Shown here in pieces: positions 23,688 through 37,264 of a DNA stretch of 64,000 nucleotides. The stretch is taken from assembly GCA_043228905.1 (NCBI GenBank), contig JBHGNT010000012.1:18662001-18726000 (forward strand), in the 5' to 3' direction. This DNA comes from Azolla caroliniana. Lineage: Eukaryota; Plantae; Polypodiophyta. Every line of letters begins with the position of its first letter. The first letter of the stretch is position 1. The translations under genes were made by a program, and so were the position numbers. The notes under the pieces were generated by a model. The model searched no databases and had not been told where the DNA came from. It was given only the letters and a program-made list of their open reading frames with translations.

Positions 23688-24423
23688 TGTCGTGGGGAAT
23701 TCCGGCAAAGAGGAGAAAAGTGAATTGGCGGCGTGTGAACGGGGTAAACACGGATGCACACGCAAACGGTCTTTTTATAAAACAAAGAATGTTAATATAA
23801 AGTATTTTATAAGTACTAGGTAGAGTAGTTAATGGGTACTTTAATGTCCCACGAAAAGAAAGGAATAAGGAGATATGAGGTGAGAGAATCAGGGGAAAAC
23901 TCTGACAGAAAATGATTGTCTTGATGCGTGGTATAACGGCCTCCTCTTTGTGCTATAAAGGGGGAGGTTTGAAACTATTTTCGGGGTTCATTTTGAGAGG
24001 AGGAGGCGCTGTCGGATTGCAAAGGGGGGAGTGCTCGTTTTTCTATTTCGTGTTTCTTGATCGTTGTAGTGTGAGGCCTCTGTTCGCACTGGAAGCCTGC
24101 GTGCTCCCGATTAGAGGCTCACAAGTGTCTGTGTGGATGCATGAAGAGCTCGAAGCTCCGCTATTGGTCGAGTCCGATTGTACTCTACCATGTTATTGAT
24201 TAATCCATTAGCTTTGTTGTATCTGGTGATTCTATCTGTGTCTCTGCTTTGTTCTCTTTGTTCCGGCCCGATTCCCATCTCCGCTTCCATCCGTTTGCGT
24301 GTTCATTTGAGTCTCCGAGCCCGTGTGCTCATCATCCGGAACCCAACGACACGTCCGGATCGGATTGTGTTGTGGGCCCGTGCGCTTGTGAAGACATCCA
24401 GAAATTGAACCGGATAATCACTC

Positions 24424-24440
24424 ACACACACACACACACA

Positions 24441-24486
<46 letters not shown>
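24424..24486. repeat. compound (CA)n(CT)n microsatellite in the LTR
   Basis: Seen directly. Confidence 0.95.
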
Positions 24487-24489
<3 letters not shown>

Positions 24490-24559
24490 GCTCCTTGGTT
24501 CAAGGCCCCGGTGGTTCCGTCCTGATCCAACACGTACCCATGGAATACCACGACATCCT

Positions 24560-24577
24560 TGGTAAACCCGACGTGAA
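24560..24577 (+). promoter_or_regulatory. PBS (tRNA-Trp)
   Basis: TGGTAAACCCGACGTGAA, complementary with 1 mismatch to the plant tRNA-Trp 3' end TTCACGTCGGGTTCACCA (recalled, not searched). Confidence 0.8.
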
Positions 24578-27500
24578 AAGGGCGGCAAAGGAGTCGAGAT
24601 GAGGGGAAGCCAGCTCGCGGAAGCAATGGCAGTGACGGTCGACTGCTTGGTGAATGCTCGGGAGAGCCTGAGTGGCCTCGACAGGGGCAATTCAATGGTA
24701 AAGATGTCTCGACCTACTTGGAGGCCTATAAGGCCGAAATGTTAATGCGGCACATCCCGGAGGACAGACAACTACTCAGTTTCCCACGAGTTGTCATGCC
24801 AAGCATCCATGCGGACATGCTTGAGATTTAGGATGGCTGCCGAAACTAATTGGAGCTCGAGGGGCGACTCTGTGAGAGGTACGGGATCGATGACTCACTC
24901 AAAATATCGAAACGAGAGCTTATGGAATGGGTTGAATCACCTGGCAAAGGACAAAACATATCGACGCCCCTCCAGGAGTTTGAGAGATGGTTCGCGTGAC
25001 TCTCGGCGCTGGATCGGACCGCACTAGACATAAGCAAGGTCCTGTTATTCATCAAGTCGGCTGATTTGTTTGATTGGGAGAAAGTTGGTCTCCTATTGGA
25101 GACGGACGAGACGGCCAACTGGGTCGTCGTAAAGAGAGCCTGCAACCATTTCGATAAATGACGTGAATGGAACAATGCAAGAGCATCGTTGGCCGACTCG
25201 ACAGTCGGGAGGATGACAGGAGAAGTGCCGACTCAGTCAGATGAAACGAGTCGAAGGTTTGAGTCAGGCCCGACATCGACAAACATTGTCAGCGGCTCGT
25301 CGGGGGGTGCAACACTAGAGGAATTGACGAAGATGGTTTGTGATCTCTAGATTGCTTAGGCCCAGAGGGATTGCAAAGGATAATCGCATGATCGGCGCCT
25401 GCCCACTGACCCACGGTGCATGTGGTGCGACGACATTAGCCATATTCGGAGAGACCGCGCTGACTTCGCCAGGGTGCTGAGGAACAATGTCGTGTACCTT
25501 TAGAACGGATGGGTACATGCGAGCGAAATGTGAAGGCCCCTCGAAATGAACACCGGACGAGGCGGTATAAAAAGACTAATGGAGGAGGCTGCGAGCCGAT
25601 ATGCAGAGACCGTCCCTTACTCGGCATCGGCCAGTATTCGGGTCGGAGGGGAGAACACCAAGACGGGAAAGGACACCGTATTTTGGCTGGTGGTGTTAGA
25701 AGAGTTCTCCCGAAAAAAGTTGGTGAAGCAAGAAGCAGACCGTGCAGAGAGGCGAGTTTGAGAGGTCACCGGGTGGAGCGACCCGATAGAGGAAAAGACT
25801 AGCTTCGTAGAAGCTGCATGCTAGAACTACGAGGTTCTGGTTGAGGACAAGCGGGTCGGAAAGACTGGAGGGGCCGGTCTGTCGAATCGATACAACACCC
25901 GAAGCGGACCAAGGAAGAATGATGTCGGCTTGGCTGATTGACAGGAGAAAGAAAAGATGAAGTTCCCGAGCTTCCGATTGGGCTCAAAGATAGAGAAATC
26001 ACCAGACCTTCGGAAGGTTTTGGAGGAGTGAATCTTTGACAGTCGGGTGGAACTCTCATTACGAGAAGTGCTGGGCATTGCCAAGAAAGAGTTCCACAAC
26101 TCCATAATTGACATGGTGAAGAGAAAGCTGCTCTCAACGGAGCCTGAGAACGAGAAACTGATCGAGGTAAAGGCGGCCCACATCGATGATGTGGCACTAG
26201 AAGACGAATATGCCGACAACCACTACATGAGGCCACATTGGGTGAGGGCAACCATAAAGACGCTAGTTCAGATCGGGGATGTAAAGGAGCCGGTTGTAGC
26301 ATTGATTGACCATGGATTTGAGATTAACTTGTTGTCCATGGATTTCTACATGAAGGGTAAATGACCAATCAACACAAAGCATGACTGGAAGATATGCGCA
26401 GCGACCCGCGAGGCTGAGAAGCTTCACGATGCGTGCCTGAATGTCCAGGTGAAGGTCGGTGATGTCAAGATCGACCAACATTTCTTTGTGCAGGAGTCGT
26501 CCTCACACTCGTTCATTTTGGGAGAGCCCTATATCATGGCAGCCCGGATGGAGACAAAAGTGCCTGACAACGGTTCAACGTACGCGTGGGTAAAGAGCTA
26601 GGATGGTCGGTACTCTATCCAAATTTTGACGGTTCGGCCGAACCATGAGAGAAATCAGGACTCTCTCAGTGGCGAAGGCCAAGAGGATTTTTGAAGAGGG
26701 CTATCAAGGTGTGGGGCCACGATAGTCCGGAATACTGGAAGAAACCCCACACCTGTACATTAGGTAGGAAGTTTTGGATCTCCAGTAATGGAGGTTGTAC
26801 AGTAGCTAACGTCGGCGGATGGGAGAAACGACGGGTCGAAGGGCGCTTGAAGGTGTGCAGAGCCTTGGGACCCGAAGAGACTATCAACGACGCCGTGGAG
26901 GCAGTCTCGTTTGACAACACCCTTGGGGAGATCGAGAGGGTGATCACGGGAGGCCTGAGTGAAGACCGGACGATTCCGGTCAATTCAGTCGAAACGTATG
27001 AGGCCATAACAGAATTTAGACATAGGACATTAACTTCTATGACACACTAATTACTATACAAGGAGGTGGGGTGTTTTCACACTTGAGTATCCTAGAGTGT
27101 GTTCCCACTCATGGGAAGTTGTTTGATTCTCAACACGCCCCTTCAAACACAACTTCTGACTTCGGCTTCCAGATGGTTGGTTAGGATTGGTCTACTTCGG
27201 CTTCGGGTTCAAATGGCCGGGTGTAGTCCTACTACTCCCCCTCAAGCTTGGCTGGTCGATGGTCGAAAGACCTAGATCGGTCGTGACCTGCCCCATCTTG
27301 TCGACTGCCAAGGCCTTGGTGAAGATGTCGGTCGTCTGCAGGTTTGTGCGGATGTATTGTAGGTCGACATCCCCGGCCAGAACACACTCTCAGATGAAGT
27401 GATAGTGCACTTTGATGTGCTTAGTTCGAGCATGGAAGACTGGGTTCCGAGCGAGGAGAATACTGCTCATGTTGTCGCAGTAGAGGGGAATCAGATCCTT

Positions 27501-27751
27501 GATGGGAACACCAAGAGAATATCTTGACATGAGATAGATCCGGTTTCTTCCCATAGAACTTTTCACAGGGGGTAACTTCGTGCATTCCTAATGTTTTTTT
27601 TTTCCTGGAAAAATATCCTTTCATTAGTTATAAACAATTATTACAATAAAAACCGACCTATCATCAAGCTACCATTGATCTGGTGCATTCTTCCTTAGGT
27701 CCCATCCCTCAAGGATAAATAGTATGAACACTCCACCACTCCTTAACCAAG

Positions 27752-30700
27752 TTATGTGATTGGTGGTGGGAACAACCATACTGGTGGTGCTAAGCACCAT
27801 TTAGGTCTTGAATTTTGTACTATGAGGAAAGGGGCCTTCTTCCAATAGGCAATAAATTCGAGACGTTGCAACACTGCAACATCCGTCTCACCTTTAATAT
27901 CCTCATACCGCCCTTTCAAGGTATGTACCATCTCCATCCAGACATTCCGTACACTTTCCACTAGATGAACAATAGTATTACCTAACACCTTAGAACACCT
28001 AGCAGTCCAAATAAACCACATTGTGGTGGTGCATAGTAACTCCCATACTTCTTGCATTGTCTTTAACATGTAAGGAGCCTCCATTTGACTTCATTGCACC
28101 ACCATTATCATTCCTCTTTGAATTCTAATAATTGTGTCATTTGGGCATGCCTCATATGGCCACATCACTTGTGCCACTGTAACCCATACTACCATACCCC
28201 ACGAAAAATTGCAATCCCTAAACATACAGGCAAGAACTCGGAACACTTGTCTCCAAACTTGCTGTGCAACATGACATTCCCACAAGCAATGTTTCAATGT
28301 CTCCATCTGACAACTACAATAGATGCATGCGGTCGGTGCGGCTGATTGTTGCAACCATTGGCCAACTGGTAATGCTCTATGTATTACTAGCCATTGGAAT
28401 GCATTTATTTTCATATCTTGCTTCCTTTTCCATAATGTTCTCCAAAACTTTGTTAGGAATTCGGATGTGATCCCTTGGTGGGTCCAAAATTGACTAGCTC
28501 GTGGTGTAGTCCTACATTGAGCTGCCAAAATGTGTCGTCCAATCTTAACTGAGTATTGGAAAAAACCACACCTTTTTTCCGCATGATCAAACGGATCAAA
28601 CGGATCTCCCGGATCCCATTGCAACCTTATCAAAGGTCTCTTTTCAAAAACTCTCAGTTTCCAATGCTCCTTGACTGCCTCAACTTGTGGGTCGATGATC
28701 CACTTAGATCCGTCATAAGCCAGGACCCTTATTTTAGAAAATGTAGCATATTGCAAGATCTTTGTTTGTATCACTGCTCTACATATACTGCCATCTTCCT
28801 CCACATCATAGTCTTGACATCATCCGCAAGACAAATGTCCCCTTACCCCCACTAGCACTTGAAGCCTCGTAAATGCTCCTTCCTAGTTGGGAGGATTAAA
28901 GGACCATACCATAGAGGCTGAGTGCCCCAAAACCAACTACACCTGGTCCCACATAATCAGCCCCCCTCTCAAGGAAGACAAGAATTCTGATCTGTCATTT
29001 ATATTCAGAGTATGAAATGATTTCCATGCATCAATGGACGTGCCTGGCCCTATATCGAGCTTGGCCCAATCCAATCGTGTACGGGACCCCAACATGTGCC
29101 TTGAGGGCAAACACATATTCAGATTCCACACTAAGTTTTGTCTCAAGTATTCCTCCTCACATGTTGGTACACCATGTTCCAACCCTTTATGTACATGCTC
29201 CCATGCTCGTAGAAGACCATTAAAAAATTTGTCTTCCCAATTCCTAGTCATAACATGTTTCTTGTTTGGTATAAAGATCCACCTTATGCTATCAACCCAT
29301 AATCCACCTGTCGGCGGAGCACAACGATACAATCTTTGCATAAGCAATTGCTTCTAAGGAGCATGTCTTGGTAAAAGGCCACAAACTATTAGCTTTGCTA
29401 ACAAGGCCATGCATTGGTCTAATGGATCTATAATCCCTAGACCACCGTATTGCTTTGGGGTTATCAGTGTACTCCAAGCTACTTTCGCTCTTACATGACT
29501 CTTATCCTCCCCAACCCATATAAAATTCCTAACCAGCCTTTGAATTTGTCCAATGCACGATTTTGAAAAGATCCAAGATGAGGCTATATACCACACTGTA
29601 GATAGTAGCACATGGTTGGCAACTATCACTCTACTAGCCAAAGATAGTTTAGCATGGCTCCACAAGAATACCTTTTTCCTTAAAGTTAATAGTAATGGTG
29701 CAACATGTAATTCTGGAACCAAATCAATCCCAACCTGCACTCCAAGATATCGAACCGCAACTCCTCTTTGAGTCCACTAGAAAGTATGATGCGGTGCCCA
29801 ACAGGATGGCGGTTCCATGCTCACCCAAAATGCAACAATTTTCTCCCAATTTAACATAGCTCCAGACGCTATACAAAACTGTGACAAAGCCCCTTGTACT
29901 TGTTGCAAATTCGTTAGAGTCCCATTCACATATAATGCAGTATCATCTGCAAATTTCGAGTCCAATATATCTTGTCCATGCATTGGCATTGCCAAACCAC
30001 GCAAGCCTATAGATTGTGATGATATAAATACATGCATTGCTTCCACAAACAAAAGGAACAAAAATGGTGCGAGTGGACATCCTTGGCGGACGGATCGAGC
30101 AATGTTAAACTGAGGTCCTACTCCACCTGCCAACAACACCTGACTATGTGCATTTCTATAAAGACAAGAAACACCCTTAATCCATGCCGTGTTGAAGCCC
30201 AAGTGATGCATAGTACCTTCCAAAAAATTCCAATCAACCCTATCATACGCTGTCGTGAAGAAAACCGTCCCCAGGCGCAAACCGTGTATAGTGTGTGTGA
30301 ACCGGCCCTTACACGTGGGCACGTCCCTTGTCGTATAGTAGGTAGGAAGGCGCAAGGGTTAGATCCTAGGTAGCAATATTCTATAGGGAGAATCGAGGAG
30401 TATCTCTGTCCGAAAGGACAGAGAATTAATGTGATGTAAACGGGCAAGACGACCTCCCTCCTTGAGCTATAAAAGAGAGGGAGACGGGGGAGAGAGGGAT
30501 CGCGCGCTAGAGGGGATGAAGTGCTGCCGGACTGGGACCGAGCTCTTTTCCTCTGTCGTTCTCCATAAGCTTTCTTTGCGTAGGTTCTCGAGAGGCTGAT
30601 TCTGCTCCGTGGAACGCCCGTGTGCTTCTGGCAGAATCTTCATCTTGGTCCCCTGTATGCGTGGGTGATCAGGCGTCGACACCCGTCTCGCCGACCTGAT

Positions 30701-32694
30701 CGGCTGTAACCATCCAAGTCATCTGCATACATATATTTATATACGCGTTCTTATACTCTACCTCCTGCCCAACTTGTGTCTCTTGTGTTGATCGGGCTGC
30801 GTTCCCGCGCGCTTCTTTGTCTATCCGTGTGTGAGCGTCTCTCTCTCTCTCTCTCTCTCTGTCTTCCCACCTATTCCTCGGTCCAAGACCCCAGTGGTCC
30901 GGCCTTGTTCTCCACGCACGCGCGTAACAACGCGACAACGCTTTCTCAAAATCTAAAAGCAACACGGCTAGGTTTTGTTTTTTTACCACTATTGCAGTAT
31001 CCTCCCAAAATGTAAAAACATTATCCATAATACTCCTTTCCCTCATAAAACCAATTTGCGATACATGAATTATCTTTGTTAATACCTCTTGTAACCGAGA
31101 ACTAAGCAACTTAGCAAATAGTTTATAACTAGTATTCAAGAGGGTGATTGGCCTCCACTTATGAATATCTTCTGAAACCCCTTCTGTTTTAGGTATAAGA
31201 TAAATAAGCCCCTCAGATAATGACATGGGCATCTCTCCACTTTCAAACATATGTTGGTAAGCATCTTTTAAATCTTTCTTCAGTATCCCCCAATATTTCT
31301 TGTAGAATTTAGGTGTAAGTCCATCCACTCCAGGACAACTATGGGTTGAATTTTTGCCAAGACCTTCATTCTATTTTGGCTGATATCCTCAGAGATAGGC
31401 TCTTCTGACAAAAGGGTAGCATAGAATTTCGTGGCAATTTCCCGTACAACATTTGGATCCATTTCAAGTTCGCCATTTTCATTATGCAAACAACAGGTTA
31501 CATTAGAGACCTTCTTGGGGCCTTTAATATTAATTTTTTTTTTTGTACATATATCCCCAATTTGCGTCCATCTTGAAGCAGAATTGTGATACCGAAATTG
31601 ACTACGACATTCTTCCATATGTTGAATTTGTTTTCGGGCTTCTTCACGATGTGAAGCTATCCATGCACACTTTGGCCGACCCTGTTGCAATCTTTGCAAA
31701 GATATCAATCTTGCCCTCATCCTTCTTTCCTTCTCTTGATATTCCATATGTTCAGATCTTGATTTTAACACAAAATATTGTGATATCTCCGTCAAAGCAC
31801 AAGCCACTTTGATTGCAATGGGAACATCCTTATTATCTTTGTTCTGCCAAATATCTGTCACTTGATTATACCATCTATCATGTAACATTACTTTTTCGGG
31901 TATCCTAAATCGTATGGACTCCCTTTTCGATTGCCCAAAGGTTCTCAATATAACAGGATCATGATCAGAGAAAGTTGTGCCTGGCATAATAGTGATATTT
32001 CCCCCATTTAAGATAAAGGCCTCCCCCACATAAAATCTATCCAATCTTGAAAGATTGGTTCTAGCAATTCTCCTATCAGAACGTGAGAAACTCAAGGAAT
32101 CATGAGATCTATAAACATTAGGCATATGCCATGCATCCAAAATACTCAATTTCAAACACATCCGTTCCCAAACTACTAATTCCTCCCCATGAATTGTTGA
32201 AACACTCCCTCCTTTCCTATCCTCCGGGTCCTCAAGCATATTAAAATCCCCTGCAACACACCAATGACACACATTCGGTAATGTATTTGTAATTTCACAC
32301 CAAAAGTGTTTCCTAGCCGATGCATGATTTGGCGCGTAGATATTCAAGTAACCCCAACTTGTATGCAAATCTTGTAATACAATATATTGTGCTCTTCCTG
32401 GCACAATGATCTCTTTGCATATAATACTTGATTTCCAATGATGTGCTATTGTCATATACACCCTGCCTTGTGTACTACTAGTGCTAATAGCCGGGGACCA
32501 AAACATCTCCCAACTACCAGGTAATATAGTGCCATAGTTCCTTATTCTTTGCTCATTCAAATGATGTTCTTGAACATCATAATATCCAACGACCCATTCG
32601 TGAGACACTTTTGTAATGCTTGCCTTAACCTACCTCTATATCTTCGATACAAGGGACCTCCCAAGCCCTGAACATTCCACGTGAGGAGCCTCAT
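27752..32694 (-). pseudogene. LINE ORF2 (AP endonuclease, RT, zf-RVT)
   Basis: MRLLTWNVQG, NIYAPN, GDFN, SRLDRFY, SDHDPV, WRPITLLN, LDFEKA|YDRV, RQGCPLAP, FADD, CIYC...ETLKHCLWEC. Confidence 0.93.
30251..30937 (+). mobile_element. solo LTR, family F (687 bp)
   Basis: TGTCGTG...CGCGACA termini; 4-bp TSD ACGC splits the LINE RT peptide DFEKA|YD. Confidence 0.92.
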
Positions 32695-34430
32695 TAACAA
32701 TTGTTAGAGGCCGAATTAGACCCGATCCTACGAGTCTTAGAGGATGGTTCCACGGAGCTTATGCCCCCCCCATCTCCCATAATCACCATTTGGATTTTGA
32801 GTATGTCACAACCTTCTTTAATGAATCGCCAATGATGATGGGCCCGAGCCTTGGCTTGGCTTTCCGGCACATCATCTTCATGAATATAAACATATCCAAA
32901 ATCAAACAATATATCTAAAGGTACATCCAATACAACATGCTTGCGGTTCATTGCATCCAAATACGGAACCATTGAACAACTTGCATTCTCTAACCCCCTC
33001 AATATTGTTTCCCCCAATTGAGGATTTTGCACGTATTTGGTAAAATACAAAACTTGTCCTCTCATGGCCAACATAACATTCGGTTGATTCCATATGTCAC
33101 TTCTCTCATAACCACATAGTGGAAAGGAATAACCGACAAATGGGCTTTCCACTTGTTTTTGTCTAAATAAAACATGGACCCTTATTGCATTGGGTTCATG
33201 AACATCTTTAACACCCAAATGCTTTGTGAAATCATGCCCAAAGGGGGCTGCATAATCAAGTATTGAGAACCCCCCATTTTCGGTATCCTCCTTCAACATC
33301 ACACATGTTCTTATTGTGATCGCATTATCCAAATTTTGTGATCGTACCGTTCTTTTCGAACGAAATGTTCTTGGCTTGACACATCCATCATTTGGTTGGA
33401 TGGTACTAACATTTTCCCCCCTTATCTCAGTAGTGGATGTTGGATGTTCTTGTGTATCAGTTTCTATGTCCAATACATTATACGCATTAGGGGTGAGGCA
33501 TGTCTCTTGCATCGGCACCGTACGTGTCTTGCATCCATGCTTAGCCTTTACATTTATCCATTGATTGTCTCTTGTTTCCCCTTGTGCCCGTACACCCATA
33601 CAATCTGAGGCTAGTTTCTCTTGACATTTATCTGCCTCATGCCCTTCTTGTTTACAATATTCGCAACAACGTTTTTTTTCCCCCAATTTAACATTTCTCC
33701 TTGGGCAATTCTTGGCTAAATGTCCCATTTGTCGACAATAGAAGTAGTCTCGAGAGTCCGGAAAACTCCACCTTTTGTTCTATAAAATTCCCTTCTTCAT
33801 TTGGTAGCATTACCTTTGTAGGTAAGTTTTCGAGTGATCCTACCAAGATTCGGGCTGACGGAAATCCTGACATTTTAGTTAATCGCATAACCATACTTTC
33901 TTGGACTCACTACTATTCCGATCCTCGAAGCTATTGCTCCAAGCATCGGTAAATACTCCTTGCGTAATCCCGGGAAGACAATCGTTAACGGAAATATCCG
34001 ATCTCCTTTCCGTATTGCCTCCACAGGATTAAAACCTTGTTTCCAAGGCATCACAAATGCACGGGCACCTCTTACATCAAGAGGACTATGTTCCAACGTT
34101 ATGCCCACTGATTCGATTGTATCCAATTCCACATGATAAAATCCTCATCCCATAAATTGGACATCTATTATCCTACCAATTAATCCATGCATAGATGCTT
34201 GTAATAAATCTTTGCACTCACCTCTATTCGGCCGAGCTCCCACCACTCTGCAGATCACGGAGAGTTGAGTTAGACACTGAATCTTTGATTGTAATTCAAC
34301 CTCTTCTTCTGTCGAGAATACAATCGGTAGAGGCTACTCCTCAGATTCTGTTGGTGGAGATGCTTCTTTAGAGTTCCCCTGTTGTGTCATTGAGGCGGCT
34401 CTCTGTTGCGCTCTCTCTCTCTTCCATGTT
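32694..34430 (-). pseudogene. LINE ORF1 (DUF4283-like N-terminus, two CCHC knuckles)
   Basis: VMPWKQGFNP, GHLAKNC, CEYCKQEGHEADKC; frameshifted. Confidence 0.8.
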
Positions 34431-35754
34431 CCTCCATCTCGTTTTTATTTTCCGTGCACTTCTAATGTTGTGCAACGATTCATCAAATAAACGGCCGTAT
34501 TTGCCGCTTTAGCCCAATAGGACTTTGGCAGATGTTTCTCGTTCATCATTGCCAATGCCACCTCGAGTATGTGCCGATTCTTGCGTTCGGCTACTTCGTT
34601 CTGTTGAGGTGTTTGTCAGCAGGTAAACTCCTGTCGGATTCCTTCTTGTCGAAGATATGTTGTAAAGGTGTCGGAGAAGTACTCCTTGCCGCGTTCGATC
34701 GAAGGCATCAGACATTTCGAGCGGTTGCCTTTTCGACTTCATTTTTGAACTTTTGGAAGTGTCCGAACACTTCGCTCTTTTGTCGCATGGGGTAGATCCA
34801 GGTATGTTTGGAGAAGTCGTCGATGAATGTTACGTAGTACTGACAACTACCGAATGTTGCCGTCTGGGCTGGTCCCCATACATCTGACTGTATTACATCC
34901 ATGATCCCCTTGCTTGTGTTCCTCTCCTTTGGGAACAATTGTTGGTGCTATTTGCCAAATTGACAAGCTTTGTACACGCCTGCAATTTCCTTTTCGGTGA
35001 AGGTCGGGAGTTTGGTGACAACTCCTTTTGACTGCATTCCCTTGAGCCTTTGGAGATTGATGTGGCCTATCCTCTTGTGCCACAACTCTATGTCGGCGTC
35101 AACTCTTTGGCGCTTGGCATACATTGTTGAGTTCATCTCGTGAGAGTCGAGGATGAACATCCGACCTTCTTTTTGACCCCTAGCGATGAGTCGGCCTTCT
35201 TTTTCAATGAAGCATCCTCCATCGTTGAAGTGAACTTGCATGCCTTGTTTGACTATCTGGTCAATTGAGACTGGGTTCTTTGTTATTGTAAGAACATGCA
35301 AAATGTTCTTGACGTATGTTTGGTTACCTTCTTCCCCAAATGGGACATTGCCGATATGTTGAATGGGGTGAATTGTGTCATCCCCAGTTTCCACATAGTC
35401 GGGTTGTTCGGGCTTTCGTAGCTCCTTGAACCAATCCTCGTGGGATGCCATGTGGTTTTATGCGCCCGAGATGACAAACCATACATCTTCTGGTTTGGAG
35501 GTGTTGGTCGGGTTTGAGGTTGTCATCGAGTGCGTTCTGTGCCTCATCACAAACATTCTTCCACGATTATCGTAGTCGGAGTTGGAGGCCTAGTTTGTGA
35601 GTTGTCGGCTTGTGGAAGCCGACTCACTCTTCTTTTTCTGACACACTACCTAATAATGCCTGAATTTACCACAGTATCCACACTAGGTGGGATTGTTTTG
35701 TCGACTGGGTCCAACGTGCTTGCTCCCCCTTCTTCCGGACGCTCCGCCTTGCGC

Positions 35755-37264
35755 TTTAGTGAAGGATTCCGGCCATATGAGGAAACGAAGCCAGATGCGT
35801 GTGAACGCGGGTGTGCACAAGTGCACGTCTTTTGTATAAACGTATGTAAATATCATAGTAATGGTACGGTTTTGGTGATTACTAGGAAAGAATGATTCGA
35901 TAGGTACTTTAGTACCACACAGAGGGCTAGAATCAAGGGGAGATCTGTGAGAAAATCGATTATCATAAAGATGATGTAGCGGTCTTCCCTTGTGTTATAA
36001 AGGGGGTGCCTTGAACTATTTTGGGGATCCAGGATTTGGGAGGACGAAGCTCTGCCCATTGAACTGCGAAAGCTCTCTCCTCTCTCAGCATTGTGCTCTA
36101 TACTACGGAACAAGAAGGCGAATCTCTACTCGCGCTGGAAGCCCATGTGCTCTCAACCAGAGGATCATCATTCTGTGTGTGTGTGTGGTTGTTGAGCTCA
36201 GAGCTCCTTCACCAGTTGCGCCTGGTTGTACTCACTGCGTGTTCTATGCCTAATTGAATCGAGACTCATTGTTCTATGTCTATGTTCTTTTCTCATCTTT
36301 TCTGTTCTATTTTGTTCTGTTTGGTTCTGTGTCTGTTTATGTCCGAGCGACGTTAGGATCTTCCAAGGCCATAGAAACGATGGTCGACAAGATAGGCCAG
36401 TTTAATGGGAAAGACGCAACAAGCTACCTGGAGGCCTACAAGGCCAAGATGTTGATGAGGAATATTCTAGAGGAAAGACAGTTGTCCAGATTTCCTTGGG
36501 TCATAACACCGAGCATCCATGCGGAGGTGCTCGAAGTGCAAACGAACTGTCGTAATTGGGCAGACTTCAAGGGGCGGCTGCTCGAGAAGTACGGCTTTGA
36601 TGACTCTCTTTAGTTGTTGAAGAAAGATTTCATGGATTGGGTCGAGAGCCCCGACAAAGGCCGGAACGCATTGGCCCTGCTTCAGGAGTTTGAGTCGCAA
36701 TTCACGCGACTCTCGACACTGGACCGAACCGTGCTTGATATGAGAAAGGTTCTGCTATTTGTTAAGTTGGTCGACTTGCTCAACCGCAATAACGTGGGTC
36801 TCCTCTTGGAGATGGACGAAGGGCTCACGGTTGATTGGGTCGCGGTTCAAGGAGTATGCAGTTGTATTGACAAACGACGAGACTGGAAAAACGAGGGGCC
36901 ATCAACAGTTGGTTCAACTACGGAGACAAAGGCTGAGCTGGTACTGACCCGGACGAGGAAACGAGAAGGTGGCTCGAGTCGGGCCAGGTTTCGACCACCG
37001 TGGTCGTGGGACCGTCCGGGGGCACAAATCTAGAGGAGCTAAGAAAGATGGTGCACGATCTCTAGATCGCTCAGTCCCGAAGGGACGACATAGGTCAATC
37101 GCGCGACCGACGATCGTCAGTTGACCAAAGGTGTATATGGTGTTATGCTGTTGGCCACGCCTAAAAGACTGTACCAACTTCGGCGAAGCGCTTAGGAGTA
37201 ACGTGGTGTACCTTTGGAATGGGTGGATGCATGCGAGTGACACGCGAAGGCCGCCTGAAGTAAA
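35755..37264 (+). mobile_element. gag: family F fragment (partial LTR and gag)
   Basis: LTR similar to 23688-24200; DKIGQFNGKDATSYLEAYK gag. LTR end and PBS are deleted. Confidence 0.8.

Larger units (their letters stand above)
23688..27007 (+). mobile_element. gypsy family F element (5' LTR, PBS, gag-protease), 3'-truncated
   Basis: LTR 23688-24555 with 8-bp terminal inverted repeat TGTCGTGG/CCACGACA. Decayed gag (GQFNGKDVSTYLEAYK), CMWCDDI-H zinc knuckle, ELSLREVLG, protease LIDHGFEINLL. Confidence 0.85.
27594..34452 (-). mobile_element. L1-clade LINE, near full length, decayed
   Basis: Poly(A) tail 27594-27603, 15-bp TSD CGTGCATTCCTAATG / CGTGCACTTCTAATG (27579-27593 / 34453-34467), ORF1 and ORF2. 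Confidence 0.92.
27008..35754 (-). mobile_element. Copia J (Copia A relative), decayed, interrupted by a LINE
   Basis: LTR start TGTTGAGAATCAAAC at 27135, PPT, RNase H ~27250-27510, deletion of RT, integrase/protease/zinc knuckle at 34468-35700. Confidence 0.85.
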
